Shown here: positions 18,930 through 27,527 of the stretch, in pieces
Numbering within the stretch: the stretch's first letter is position 1
Layout of the letters: each line of letters starts with the position of its first letter
Source of the DNA: Myxococcota bacterium
GTDB taxonomy: Bacteria > Myxococcota_A > UBA9160 > UBA6930
NCBI GenBank assembly: GCA_965223705.1
Contig: OZ245015.1
Location: 2,368,001-2,432,000, forward strand
DNA: 64,000 bases
Direction of reading: 5' to 3'
Notes under the pieces: generated by a model
Seen by the model: the letters and a program-made list of their open reading frames with translations, nothing else
Told to the model about the DNA's origin: nothing
Database searches by the model: none
Made by a program: the position numbers and the translations under genes

Positions 18930-19772
18930 CTAGTCCACCGGGACAGCGCGCGCAGTGCCAATCGCCGCGAGGCGGTTGTCCTGGCCGGAATCGATGAGCT
19001 CGACCCGACATTGGACACCGGTCGGCGAGGCGTCGAGTACTTCAGCGTCCAGCCGGAACGGTCCGACGCGCGCCTGCGCGGTGTAGCTGAAATGCAGGTC
19101 GACGGTTCGCGCAGGAGCGCCCAGGTGCCGTTCTCCGGCGAGGGTCGCCACCCGCGCCAGGAGACTCCCCATGGCGCCACCCTGGATGGAGCCGAAGCTG
19201 TTGTAGATGCGCTCGTGATGATCGAGTTCGATCTCGGCTGCCTCGGTATCAAAGCGGAGCCCGAGGTATTCATCGAATGGGATACGGGGCTCCTCCTCCT
19301 CGCTGCGGTAGCGGGTCCACCCGAGCTCGTGGTCTGGGCTCGGGTTCTCCTCTCGTCGCGGCAACCGCGTGAAGGTCACCCAGGCGCCGCCGACAGGCCT
19401 GCCGTTCGCGTCGCTGAGTCGACTCTCGGAGAGCACGGTGTTGCGGCCGACTCGCAGCGGTCGGCAGGCACCCTGGACCGAACCCTCGCGGAGTCTACCG
19501 GGGAAAAGCAACTTGAAGTCCAAGGTCGCGACCCAATCCGGCGCCACCGCACGCGCGGCGAGACTGCCCGCCATGAGGTCGCACATCGGAGCGACAGCTC
19601 CGATCGACAGCGCATCGCCGGCGCCGAGAAGATCGGGTAGGACCGGCATCCGGGCGCGAACCGTGCCGTCTGCGCGCATCTCTTGCTCGATCCGCAAATA
19701 GCGGAGGATCGATCGCGGTCCCGGGTAGATCCGCGGTCGGTCGGTTCCAGAAGTCGAGGAATCGGCAGGCAA
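18930..19772 (-). CDS. Double hot-dog (PaaI-like) thioesterase family protein
   Basis: Two hot-dog units (VATLDFKL..LRVGRNT and NSFGSIQGG..TVDLHFSY); start uncertain (TTG chosen). Confidence 0.75.
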   Translation of the reverse strand: MPADSSTSGTDRPRIYPGPRSILRYLRIEQEMRADGTVRARMPVLPDLLGAGDALSIGAVAPMCDLMAGSLAARAVAPDWVATLDFKLLFPGRLREGSVQGACRPLRVGRNTVLSESRLSDANGRPVGGAWVTFTRLPRREENPSPDHELGWTRYRSEEEEPRIPFDEYLGLRFDTEAAEIELDHHERIYNSFGSIQGGAMGSLLARVATLAGERHLGAPARTVDLHFSYTAQARVGPFRLDAEVLDASPTGVQCRVELIDSGQDNRLAAIGTARAVPVD

Positions 19773-19777
19773 GGCGG

Positions 19778-20752
19778 TCAGGCGTAGAGCACCGCGCAAC
19801 GGACCTCGATGCTCCACCGCTCCGGAGCGTCCTCCGGTGTGTTGGGGTCGTCGAATGCGGTGTGGAAGCTGAACGTGCACGGCGACGCTGCATCGTCTCC
19901 CCGTTGTCCGGCGCTGCGTGCCAACACTCCGGCGGAATCCCACTGCTTGATCAGGAGGACTTCGTCGCGGGTCATCTCGGGATAGAAGTACCAGCCGTGG
20001 TTCGGTGCGTGCTTTGCGAAATAGTTCTCGCCGACGCGGTCCTGGTAGTGGATCTCGAACACGACGAGGTCCGCCGGCGCAACGGTCAGGCCGTCGCAGA
20101 GCGCGAGTGGATGAGTCGCGACGGGCTCCGGCGCAATGTTGCGCCAGACATTGATGATCGCGAAGCGGCCCTCGGGAGCGAGCGCCGCGGCCGCGGCCTC
20201 GGGATCGATCAGCGATTCGCCCGGCTCGAGCACGACGCGAAACGTGTCGTTGCCGCCGGGCGGCTTCGCGAGCTGTTGGATCCTTTCGGGCGCACTTCGC
20301 AATGTGTAGTCGCCGTGCACGACGTGGGCCGGACCTTGGACCTGCTGACCGCCGCGGATCTCCCGCGAGCTGCTCTTACCCGCTGCGGAACGGATGTTGT
20401 GGTCGAAAGCGAACACGTGTGAGGCTCCGGTGCGCTCGCTCACGAACTCGAGGCATTCGGGGTAGTAGTGGTCGACGACTTCTCGATGATCGAAGAAGTC
20501 GAGCTCCGGGCGTCCCGACCGGTGCGCCGCGAGTTCGAAGCCATGCGCTCCGAGTGTTCTTCGATTCGTCTCGCCGAGGCGGCGACCGTTGTGAACGGTC
20601 ATCGTGCGTTCTTCGAGGTCGACGCCTTCGGTTCCCGCGTCGCTTCCGGCCGAATCTCGCCGCGTCAGCACCCGGCCGTTGCGATAGAGCGAGGAGAGCA
20701 CAGAAGCCCGGAGGTAGTTGAAAGCGCCGCGCCGGTCGTCTCGCCCCGTCAT
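19778..20752 (-). CDS. CmcJ/NvfI-like Fe(II)/2OG-type oxidoreductase
   Basis: FDHNIRS, HVVHGDYT, INVWRNI..PLALCD, FHTAF and RWSIEVRC motifs. Confidence 0.82.
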   Translation of the reverse strand: MTGRDDRRGAFNYLRASVLSSLYRNGRVLTRRDSAGSDAGTEGVDLEERTMTVHNGRRLGETNRRTLGAHGFELAAHRSGRPELDFFDHREVVDHYYPECLEFVSERTGASHVFAFDHNIRSAAGKSSSREIRGGQQVQGPAHVVHGDYTLRSAPERIQQLAKPPGGNDTFRVVLEPGESLIDPEAAAAALAPEGRFAIINVWRNIAPEPVATHPLALCDGLTVAPADLVVFEIHYQDRVGENYFAKHAPNHGWYFYPEMTRDEVLLIKQWDSAGVLARSAGQRGDDAASPCTFSFHTAFDDPNTPEDAPERWSIEVRCAVLYA

Positions 20753-20800
20753 CGGAATCGTCGCCCTTTCGCAGTTTGGCCAGGTCCGAGCATAGCCCCG

Positions 20801-22267
20801 CTAGGTGCCACAGAAAGTGCGCGTCACCCGCTCGTGGGGCTCCGGGGGATCGGCATAAGCGAGCTTGTCCCGAGGTACCTCAAACGGAGACGCCAGAGCC
20901 GCCAGAAGCTCCTCGAAAGGTCCGAGCCGACCCTGATCGACGGCCGCGCGGATGGCGCGCTCGACCTGGTGGTTGCGGGGAATCACCGCGGGATTCTCGC
21001 GACCCATGCGTCGTTTCGCTGTGGCGAGGTCGTTCGCCCCGCCGCTCATGCGCGCTTGCCAACGCCTCTTCCAAGCGCGGATCGTTTCGTTCTCGACGAG
21101 CGGTGGCGCATCGCCGTCAATCGCGTCGGTCGCTAGCCCGCGAAAAGTCGCCGTGAAATCGGCCTTCGCAGCGGCCATGGCGTCGAGCAGTTCCTGGGCG
21201 AGCTCGAGATCGCCTTCTCGGGCGTCGACGATCCCGATCTTCCGGAGCAGACCCGCTTCGTAGTGCGCGGCGAAGCGCCGCGGGAATTCGCCGAGCGCTT
21301 CTTCTGCCCACGCGATGGCGTCTTCTTCGGCCGGGGCGAGCCACGGAAGGAGGGTTTCCGCAAACCGGTACAAGTTCCAGTGGGCGATCGCCGGCTGATT
21401 ACCGTAGGCGTAGCGTCCCTGTTGGTCGATCGAGCTGAAGACCTTCTTCGGATCGTACTCGTCGAGAAACGCACAGGGTCCGTAGTCGATGGTTTCCCCG
21501 GAGATCGCCGTGTTGTCCGTGTTCATGACGCCGTGGATGAACCCGACGAGCATCCACTGCGCCACGAGCCGTGCCTGGCGCTCGATGAGATCGCGGAGGA
21601 GCTTTCGGTAGGGCTCGTCGCTCTCGGCCGGATCGATCCGCTCGATCACGTGATCGGCCAAGGTCCGCACGGCCTCTCGCTCGCCGCGGTGGTGGAAGTA
21701 CTGGAAGGTGCCGACACGGACGTGACTGCGGGCTACGCGGGTCAGGATCGCGCCGGGCTCGGGCTGCTCTCGCAGGATCGCTTCGCCGGTCGCCACCATC
21801 GCGAGGGAGCGGGTCGTGGGTATGCCCAACGCGGCCATCGCCTCGCTGAGCAGGTACTCCCGCATGACCGGGCCCAGGCCTGCGCGGCCGTCACCCTGTC
21901 TCGAAAACGGCGTCCGCCCCGCGCCTTTCAGCTGGACTTCCCGGACCTGCCCGCTTTGATCGACGACTTCGCCGAGGAGCACAGCACGCCCGTCACCGAG
22001 ACGTGGGACCCAGTGACCGAACTGATGCCCGCCATAGACCATGGCGAGCGGCGACGCGTCGTCCGGGACCCGGTTGCCACTCAGAATCTCGAGGCCTGCC
22101 TCGCTTCCGAGAAACGCGGGATCGAGGCCGAGCTCGCGGGCCAGCGCGGCGTTTACGTGCAGCAGAGCCGGCTTGGCAACCGGTGTCGGATCCACCCGCG
22201 CGTAGAACGCGTCGGGCAGGGTCGCGTACTCGCTGAGCAGGGTGAACCCCGAGGCGTGCTCACTCAT
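20801..22267 (-). CDS. selO: Protein adenylyltransferase SelO (YdiU)
   Basis: YGGHQFG..LGDGRA, LKGAGRTPFSR.GDGR, GFIHGVMNTDN, IDYGP and C-terminal TFCGT. Confidence 0.95.
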   Translation of the reverse strand: MSEHASGFTLLSEYATLPDAFYARVDPTPVAKPALLHVNAALARELGLDPAFLGSEAGLEILSGNRVPDDASPLAMVYGGHQFGHWVPRLGDGRAVLLGEVVDQSGQVREVQLKGAGRTPFSRQGDGRAGLGPVMREYLLSEAMAALGIPTTRSLAMVATGEAILREQPEPGAILTRVARSHVRVGTFQYFHHRGEREAVRTLADHVIERIDPAESDEPYRKLLRDLIERQARLVAQWMLVGFIHGVMNTDNTAISGETIDYGPCAFLDEYDPKKVFSSIDQQGRYAYGNQPAIAHWNLYRFAETLLPWLAPAEEDAIAWAEEALGEFPRRFAAHYEAGLLRKIGIVDAREGDLELAQELLDAMAAAKADFTATFRGLATDAIDGDAPPLVENETIRAWKRRWQARMSGGANDLATAKRRMGRENPAVIPRNHQVERAIRAAVDQGRLGPFEELLAALASPFEVPRDKLAYADPPEPHERVTRTFCGT

Positions 22268-22285
22268 CCGCGCGCCCTGCGCGCC

Positions 22286-22579
22286 CTACCCGTCGAACTT
22301 GTCGAAGTACGAGAACTTCGGCGCGCCGGTCAGGAACTTGCCCAGGTTTTCGACGAGCCCGGTCTCGGTGCGCCACGCGAGGTATTTCTCCTGCTGATCT
22401 CTCGAATCCCAGATCTCGTAGAAGACGACGCGGCCCGGGACGTCTTGGTCGGTGTAGATATCGAACAGCTGGCATCCGTCATAGGCTCGGGTGTCCGGCG
22501 CGATGCCTTTGATGAACTCCAAGAACTCCGTGGTGCGGTTGGGATCGACCGGAAGGTCGATCGTCAGTGCGATGCTCAT
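22286..22579 (-). CDS. Antibiotic biosynthesis monooxygenase (ABM) domain protein
   Basis: 97 aa; DTRAYDGC, YEIWDS and YLAWR pattern; AAGGAG SD. Confidence 0.88.
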   Translation of the reverse strand: MSIALTIDLPVDPNRTTEFLEFIKGIAPDTRAYDGCQLFDIYTDQDVPGRVVFYEIWDSRDQQEKYLAWRTETGLVENLGKFLTGAPKFSYFDKFDG

Positions 22580-22612
22580 GTTCTCTCCTTTGCGCAGAGC
22601 TGCGATGGTATC

Positions 22613-23332
22613 TCAGGGTGACTTGAGGAGGATACGCCCGCAGCCGTCGCAGTGAACGACTTCGCCGCTCCCCTCGAGTGCGGTGAGCGCCATCTCGCGG
22701 ACGGTCAGACCACACCGCCCACAATTGCGACCCTTGAGTTCGCTGAGGACACGGCCGGCGAGACCCTTGTGTGTGCGGAGGCGCTCGTAGGGTTCTCGGA
22801 GCGGCTCCGGAACGGCTCGCACGAGACCGACCCGGCGGGTCTCGCGATCCGCGATTTCCCGATCGAGCGCATTTTCCCGCGCTTCGAGTCGGGCGGCGAG
22901 CTCTGCCCGCTCGCATTCGAGCGCTGCGATCTGCTCCTCGCAGGCACGGACGTCGCCCTTCCTTTCTTCCTCCGCCTCCATCAGCGCGAGCTGCTCCTCT
23001 TCGATGGAGCTTCGCCGCGCCTTCAGGCCTTGGACCTCTCCTTGGAGCCCCTCGAGCTCTTTCGCCACGGTGACCGCACCGGAATAGAGCTTCGCTTCCT
23101 CGGTTTCGATGCGTTGCGAAAGTCGATTCGTTTCGGCCTCTCGTTCGGCGATTTGTTCGCCGAGCGCCGCGCAACGGGCTCGCGCGGCCTCTGCGGCCCC
23201 TCGCTCGCCGGCCATCGTCTCGGTGCAGCGCGCGATCGCGCTTCGCTCGGGGAGGGTCCGTCTCTCCTCCTCGAGTTCTCGCACTTCGAGATCGAGACCT
23301 TGAAGCGCGAAGAGCGGGTGATCCGGAGCCAT
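22613..23332 (-). CDS. Coiled-coil protein with C4 zinc ribbon (DUF164-like)
   Basis: LQGLD N-terminus, long coiled coil, CGRC...CDGCGRIL. Confidence 0.87.
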   Translation of the reverse strand: MAPDHPLFALQGLDLEVRELEEERRTLPERSAIARCTETMAGERGAAEAARARCAALGEQIAEREAETNRLSQRIETEEAKLYSGAVTVAKELEGLQGEVQGLKARRSSIEEEQLALMEAEEERKGDVRACEEQIAALECERAELAARLEARENALDREIADRETRRVGLVRAVPEPLREPYERLRTHKGLAGRVLSELKGRNCGRCGLTVREMALTALEGSGEVVHCDGCGRILLKSP

Positions 23333-23369
23333 CGCGCCGGAGCCTATCAGGGGATGATACCCTGCGCCG

Positions 23370-23804
23370 ATGGCCGCCGTTCGCAAAGCCCGCCCCGACG
23401 ACCTCGAAGCTGTCATCGAACTGCTCAAGACTTTTCCCGACGATCCGGAGCTCAAGGACATCGACTGGAACGACGGCCGGCGCATCTACGCCGATCTCCT
23501 ATCGGGCGATCGCGGAGCCATCTTCGTCGCCGATGCCGACGGCGTCGTGGTCGGGATCGTGACCCTGGGCTTCTCCGTGGCGATGCGGTTCGGGGGCCCC
23601 TACGCAATGATCGAGGAGTTCTTGATTTCCGAGCAGGCGCGGGGGCAAGGCCTAGCGCGCCCCCTGCTCCGCGCGGCGCGCGAAGAAGCCGAAGCGCGCG
23701 GGTGCCGCGAGCTTCAGGTCAACGGCCCAAGCCCGGAGGGCACCCCGGTCTACTTGCGGAACGGCTTTCACGAGGCTGGAAGTCATCTCAAGATTTGGCT
23801 GTAG
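23370..23804 (+). CDS. GNAT family N-acetyltransferase
   Basis: VRKARPDD N-terminus, ARGQGLA acetyl-CoA motif, YLRNGF. Confidence 0.87.
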   Translation: MAAVRKARPDDLEAVIELLKTFPDDPELKDIDWNDGRRIYADLLSGDRGAIFVADADGVVVGIVTLGFSVAMRFGGPYAMIEEFLISEQARGQGLARPLLRAAREEAEARGCRELQVNGPSPEGTPVYLRNGFHEAGSHLKIWL

Positions 23805-23806
23805 TC

Positions 23807-24415
23807 GTGCGCGTGATTCACTACTTCGACTACAAGAGCCCCTACGCCTACATCGCTCAGGAAGACACCTTCGCCCTGGCCGCGCGACCCGGGATCGAGG
23901 TCGAGTGGCGACCCTACACACTGGATATTCCCCAGTATCTTGGGTCCGCTCGGGTGGGAGACGACGGCGCCGTCGTCGAAGAAAGCCGCAACGCGCACCA
24001 ATGGCGCCGCGTGAAGTACGCGTACATGGACTGCCGTCGCGAGGCGAATCGACGCGGCTTGACCGTGCTCGGACCCCGCAAGATCTTCGATTCAACGATC
24101 GCCCACGTGGGTTTCTTGTTCGCCAGGGACGCGGGGAATTTCGAGGACTACCACAACCGGGTGTATCGCTCGTTCTGGAAGCGCGAGCTCGACATCGAAG
24201 ATCCCGCTCTGATCGAGGAGACGCTGGCGGCTTGCGGGGTCCCGGCCGACGGATTTCGCGCGTACCTCGAGGGCGAGGGCCGTCGGGCCCTCGAGGCCGC
24301 GCAGCGCGAAGCCGAAGACGCTGGCGTTTTCGGCGTGCCGAGCTACCGCGTCGGTAGCGAGCTCTACTGGGGGCTCGAGCGATTGCCTCGGGTGCTCGAG
24401 CACGTGGGCAGCTAG
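23807..24415 (+). CDS. DsbA family, kappa-GST/2-hydroxychromene-2-carboxylate isomerase-like protein
   Basis: YFDYKSPYAY and GVFGVPSY..ELYWG.ERL motifs; start re-picked at GTG 23807. Confidence 0.87.
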   Translation: MRVIHYFDYKSPYAYIAQEDTFALAARPGIEVEWRPYTLDIPQYLGSARVGDDGAVVEESRNAHQWRRVKYAYMDCRREANRRGLTVLGPRKIFDSTIAHVGFLFARDAGNFEDYHNRVYRSFWKRELDIEDPALIEETLAACGVPADGFRAYLEGEGRRALEAAQREAEDAGVFGVPSYRVGSELYWGLERLPRVLEHVGS

Positions 24416-25023
24416 GTAGCGTTCCCGTCGTTGGCCAGTGCCTCGTGCACCTTGCCCACCATCTTGGCGGACGGTTTGAGGGTGAGATCCCCTTCCTCGT
24501 TCCAGCCCGATGGGATCCCTTCGTTCTTCTTGGCCACGTAGAGGGCCGCCTTGAACTTCCGCATCAGTTCATCGACGTTGCGCCCGACATTGAGAAAGTT
24601 CACTTCCGAGAACAGCAGCGTGCCCTCGGGGCTGATGATATAGGTCCCGCGCAGCGACAACCCCGCGTCTTCGAGGTAGATGCCGAACCTGCGCGCGAGA
24701 TCGCCGGTCTTGTCGGAACCCATCTTGAAGGCGACGTCGCGCAGCTCCTTCTCCACCGTGTGCCATGCAAGGTGCGTGAAGTGCGTGTCGCAACTGACGG
24801 TGATGAGCTCGGCGCCCATCTTTTCGAACCGGTCTTGCAGCCCTGCCAGGGCCGCGAATTCGGTCGCTCAGACGAACGTGAAATCCGCCGGATAGAAAAA
24901 CAGGATGGTCCATTTACCGGCAGCTTTGAGCTCGGAGAGTCCGATCGAACCGAACTCTCCGGTCTTGGGCTCGTAGGTATTCAGCGTGAAGTCTTCGACT
25001 TCCGATCCCACTTGAACGGTCAA
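24412..25023 (-). CDS. Selenocysteine-containing peroxiredoxin (AhpC/Prx1 type), in-frame UGA at 24868-24870
   Basis: ORFs 24868..25140 and 24412..24819 are in the same frame; read-through gives FFYPADFTFV-U-ATEF (canonical FTFVCPTE), then LRGTYIISPEG and GRNVDE; TTG start with AAGGAG SD. Confidence 0.88.
24837..24855 (-). promoter_or_regulatory. Putative bacterial SECIS hairpin
   Basis: mRNA GCGGCCCU-GGC-AGGGCUGC: 8-bp stem starting 13 nt after the UGA, G-containing apical loop 21 nt downstream. Confidence 0.7.
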
Positions 25024-25081
25024 GGCGTACTCCTTTTGAGTGAAACGGTCGCCGAAGTTAGCGGCTACAATGCGAAGCACC

Positions 25082-27037
25082 ATGACTGAGTCCGTTCCGA
25101 CCGGGGGCTTCCGACCGGATCGGCAGGAGCGCCTCCGCAACTGGACCGAAGAGCGTTTCGCCGAGGCTTACCAGTGCGACCGGTTCACGGCCACGGTGCT
25201 GGGCAATCGCCTCCGCTACGCCGTCTCGCACATGGGAACGGGGCTCATGGTGGGCTCTTTCTCCCCGATCATCAGCGATTGGTACGACTTCGCCATCACG
25301 ATCTCAGGGCCCCCGGACATGGATTATCCCATGCCGGCGGTCAACAGCAGCCTGCTGGTATTCCTGGGGACGATGGAAGATGCGGTTCGCAACATCGTCG
25401 GCGAATACGGGCCGGAGAACTTGAAGCCCGGCGACGTGTTGATTTGCAATGACCCGTACCGCAACGGGCGCCACGTCAACGACGTGTGTTTCATCCGTCC
25501 GGTGTTTCACGAGGGCCAGCTGGCGGCATTCGTGAACGTATGCGCGCACCAGCTCGACATGGGCGGCATCGTGCCGGGTGGTTTCAGCGGAACCAAAGCG
25601 AACGTGTTCGAGAACGGCTTGGTCCTTTGCCCCATGCTCCTTTTCGAAAACGATGCGCTTGTCACCCCGACGATGAGTTTGATCTTCGACAACACCCGTT
25701 TCGGCGGCCTGCTCCACGCGGATTTCCTGACGATGTTTCGCCAGCTCAAGCTCGGCGAACGCCTCGTCGAGGGCAACATCGATCGGTACGGAATCGAAGC
25801 GTTTCGCGGGACGGTGCGTTACTGCTGCGACGCTTCGGCCGAGTTGCTTCGCGACGCCATGGAGGAGTTGCCCGACGGCACCTATCACGGGGAGGAGCGG
25901 CTCGATGCCGATGGCGCCGGCGACGATGAAGAGATCGTCGTCCGAGCGAAAATCACGAAAGCGAACGGTCGAGTGGAGGTCGATCTCAGCGGTTCCTCTC
26001 GGCAAGCGCGCACGTGTATCAATGCCGGGCCGCTCGATGCCAAGACGGCCGTAGGGGCCGCGTTCAAGATCCTCTTCGACCGGACGTCCCCTTTCACTTC
26101 GGGGATCTTCCGGCATGTCGACGTGGTCGTTCCGCCTGGCACGATCCTGTCCGCGATGCCCCCGGACGGCGCGATCATGCTCTACTGGGAAGTCACCCAG
26201 ACGCTCCTGTCGGCCATCGTCGAAGCGCTGGGCGCGACGCTCGGCGACCGCGCGGTGGGCGGCGAGTACGGGGCGATGGGTGCGCACAACGCACACGGCA
26301 CCCGCGCGGACGGCACGCCCTGGTCGAACATCGGCAATTGCGGAGGCGAACACGGGCCCTGGGGCGCGGATCGCGACCACGACGGGGACAGCTACTGCCT
26401 GACCTCGCTGGTGAACGCCATCGATCCGCCGACCGAGACCATGGAGCAGGAATCGCCGGTCCTCTTGATGCGAAAAGAATTTGTCATCGATACCGCCGGC
26501 CCCGGCGAAAACCGCGGCGGAGCGGCGGTCGCCAAGGACAGCCTCTGGCGCGAGCCGGCGGAGCATTACAGCATGCCGCTCCGCTTGAAGCGGCCGACGG
26601 GCTTTGGAGCGCAACGTGGCGAGGCCGGACGCACCGGCGCGGTCTGGCTGTTTCCGCCGGAAAGCGTCCCCGACTCGGGGCTCGTCCCGCTCGCGCCCGC
26701 GGCGTATCGCGCCTCGACGCCTGTGGCGGGCGTGCTCCACCCCGATACCAAGGAGCCCGACCCGAACGGCCGCTACTTCTATTTCGCTCGCGAAGCGGTG
26801 TGGCGCTCGGAACCCGGCGCCTACGCGCGCTACGTCACGAACGGAGGCGGCGGGTTCGGTTCGCCCCGTGATCGGGATCCGGAGCGCGTTCTCGCCGACG
26901 TCCGCAACGGTTACGTAAGCCCCAACCACGCTCGCGAAGCCTACGGAGTCGTGATCCACGGCGACCCGTCGTCGGACCCCGAGGGCCTCCGGATCGACGA
27001 AGCCGCAACGCGAGCGCTTCGTCAGCGGGGTTCCTGA
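25082..27037 (+). CDS. Hydantoinase B/oxoprolinase family protein (second copy)
   Basis: DRFTATVL, NDPYRNGRHVND, HQLDMGG and GGGGFGSP..RDPERV..DV motifs. Confidence 0.92.
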   Translation: MTESVPTGGFRPDRQERLRNWTEERFAEAYQCDRFTATVLGNRLRYAVSHMGTGLMVGSFSPIISDWYDFAITISGPPDMDYPMPAVNSSLLVFLGTMEDAVRNIVGEYGPENLKPGDVLICNDPYRNGRHVNDVCFIRPVFHEGQLAAFVNVCAHQLDMGGIVPGGFSGTKANVFENGLVLCPMLLFENDALVTPTMSLIFDNTRFGGLLHADFLTMFRQLKLGERLVEGNIDRYGIEAFRGTVRYCCDASAELLRDAMEELPDGTYHGEERLDADGAGDDEEIVVRAKITKANGRVEVDLSGSSRQARTCINAGPLDAKTAVGAAFKILFDRTSPFTSGIFRHVDVVVPPGTILSAMPPDGAIMLYWEVTQTLLSAIVEALGATLGDRAVGGEYGAMGAHNAHGTRADGTPWSNIGNCGGEHGPWGADRDHDGDSYCLTSLVNAIDPPTETMEQESPVLLMRKEFVIDTAGPGENRGGAAVAKDSLWREPAEHYSMPLRLKRPTGFGAQRGEAGRTGAVWLFPPESVPDSGLVPLAPAAYRASTPVAGVLHPDTKEPDPNGRYFYFAREAVWRSEPGAYARYVTNGGGGFGSPRDRDPERVLADVRNGYVSPNHAREAYGVVIHGDPSSDPEGLRIDEAATRALRQRGS

Positions 27038-27128
27038 ATCCGGCGCCTCCTTTTCTGACGATGGGTGTCGCGATGGACGTTGGACAAACGACGGACCTGC
27101 GAGATCAGACGCACAGAAAGGAGCGCTC

Positions 27129-27527
27129 ATGACCTTGCCGATCACGGCTCTCTACGCGGGAATCCTGGCCTTGCTGCTGGTTGCCCTCAGCATTCGTGTG
27201 GTGGTCCTCGTCCGCGCGAAAGCGGCGGTCAATTTCGGCGATGCGGGCGACCCCGAGAACGCGCGTATTGTTCGCGCCCAGGGCAACTTCATCGAGTACG
27301 TCCCGATGGCCCTGCTCCTGTTGGCGGTGGCCGAGCACAACGGGGCGTCTCCGACGTGGCTCCACGCACTCGGCGCGGGACTCGTCGTAGCGCGTCTCAT
27401 CCACCCCACCGGTCTACGCCCGGTCGGGGGACCGAACGTCGCTCGGGTCGTCGGGACCAGCGCGACCTGGCTGGTGCTCGCAGCAGGCGGCGCACTCGTC
27501 ATCCATCAGGCGCTGACGATGCACTAA
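27129..27527 (+). CDS. MAPEG family membrane protein
   Basis: ITALYAG, RAQGNFIEYVP and ARLIH motifs; AAGGAG SD. Confidence 0.9.
   Translation: MTLPITALYAGILALLLVALSIRVVVLVRAKAAVNFGDAGDPENARIVRAQGNFIEYVPMALLLLAVAEHNGASPTWLHALGAGLVVARLIHPTGLRPVGGPNVARVVGTSATWLVLAAGGALVIHQALTMH

Noticed and set aside
20801..22267. SelO as a second selenoprotein
   Set aside because: It ends TFCGT followed by TAG, with Cys and no in-frame TGA.
24412..25140. Peroxiredoxin as a nonsense pseudogene or two separate ORFs
   Set aside because: The stop is TGA at exactly the catalytic Cys position, the frame is preserved and a SECIS-like hairpin follows; Sec recoding is the simpler explanation.
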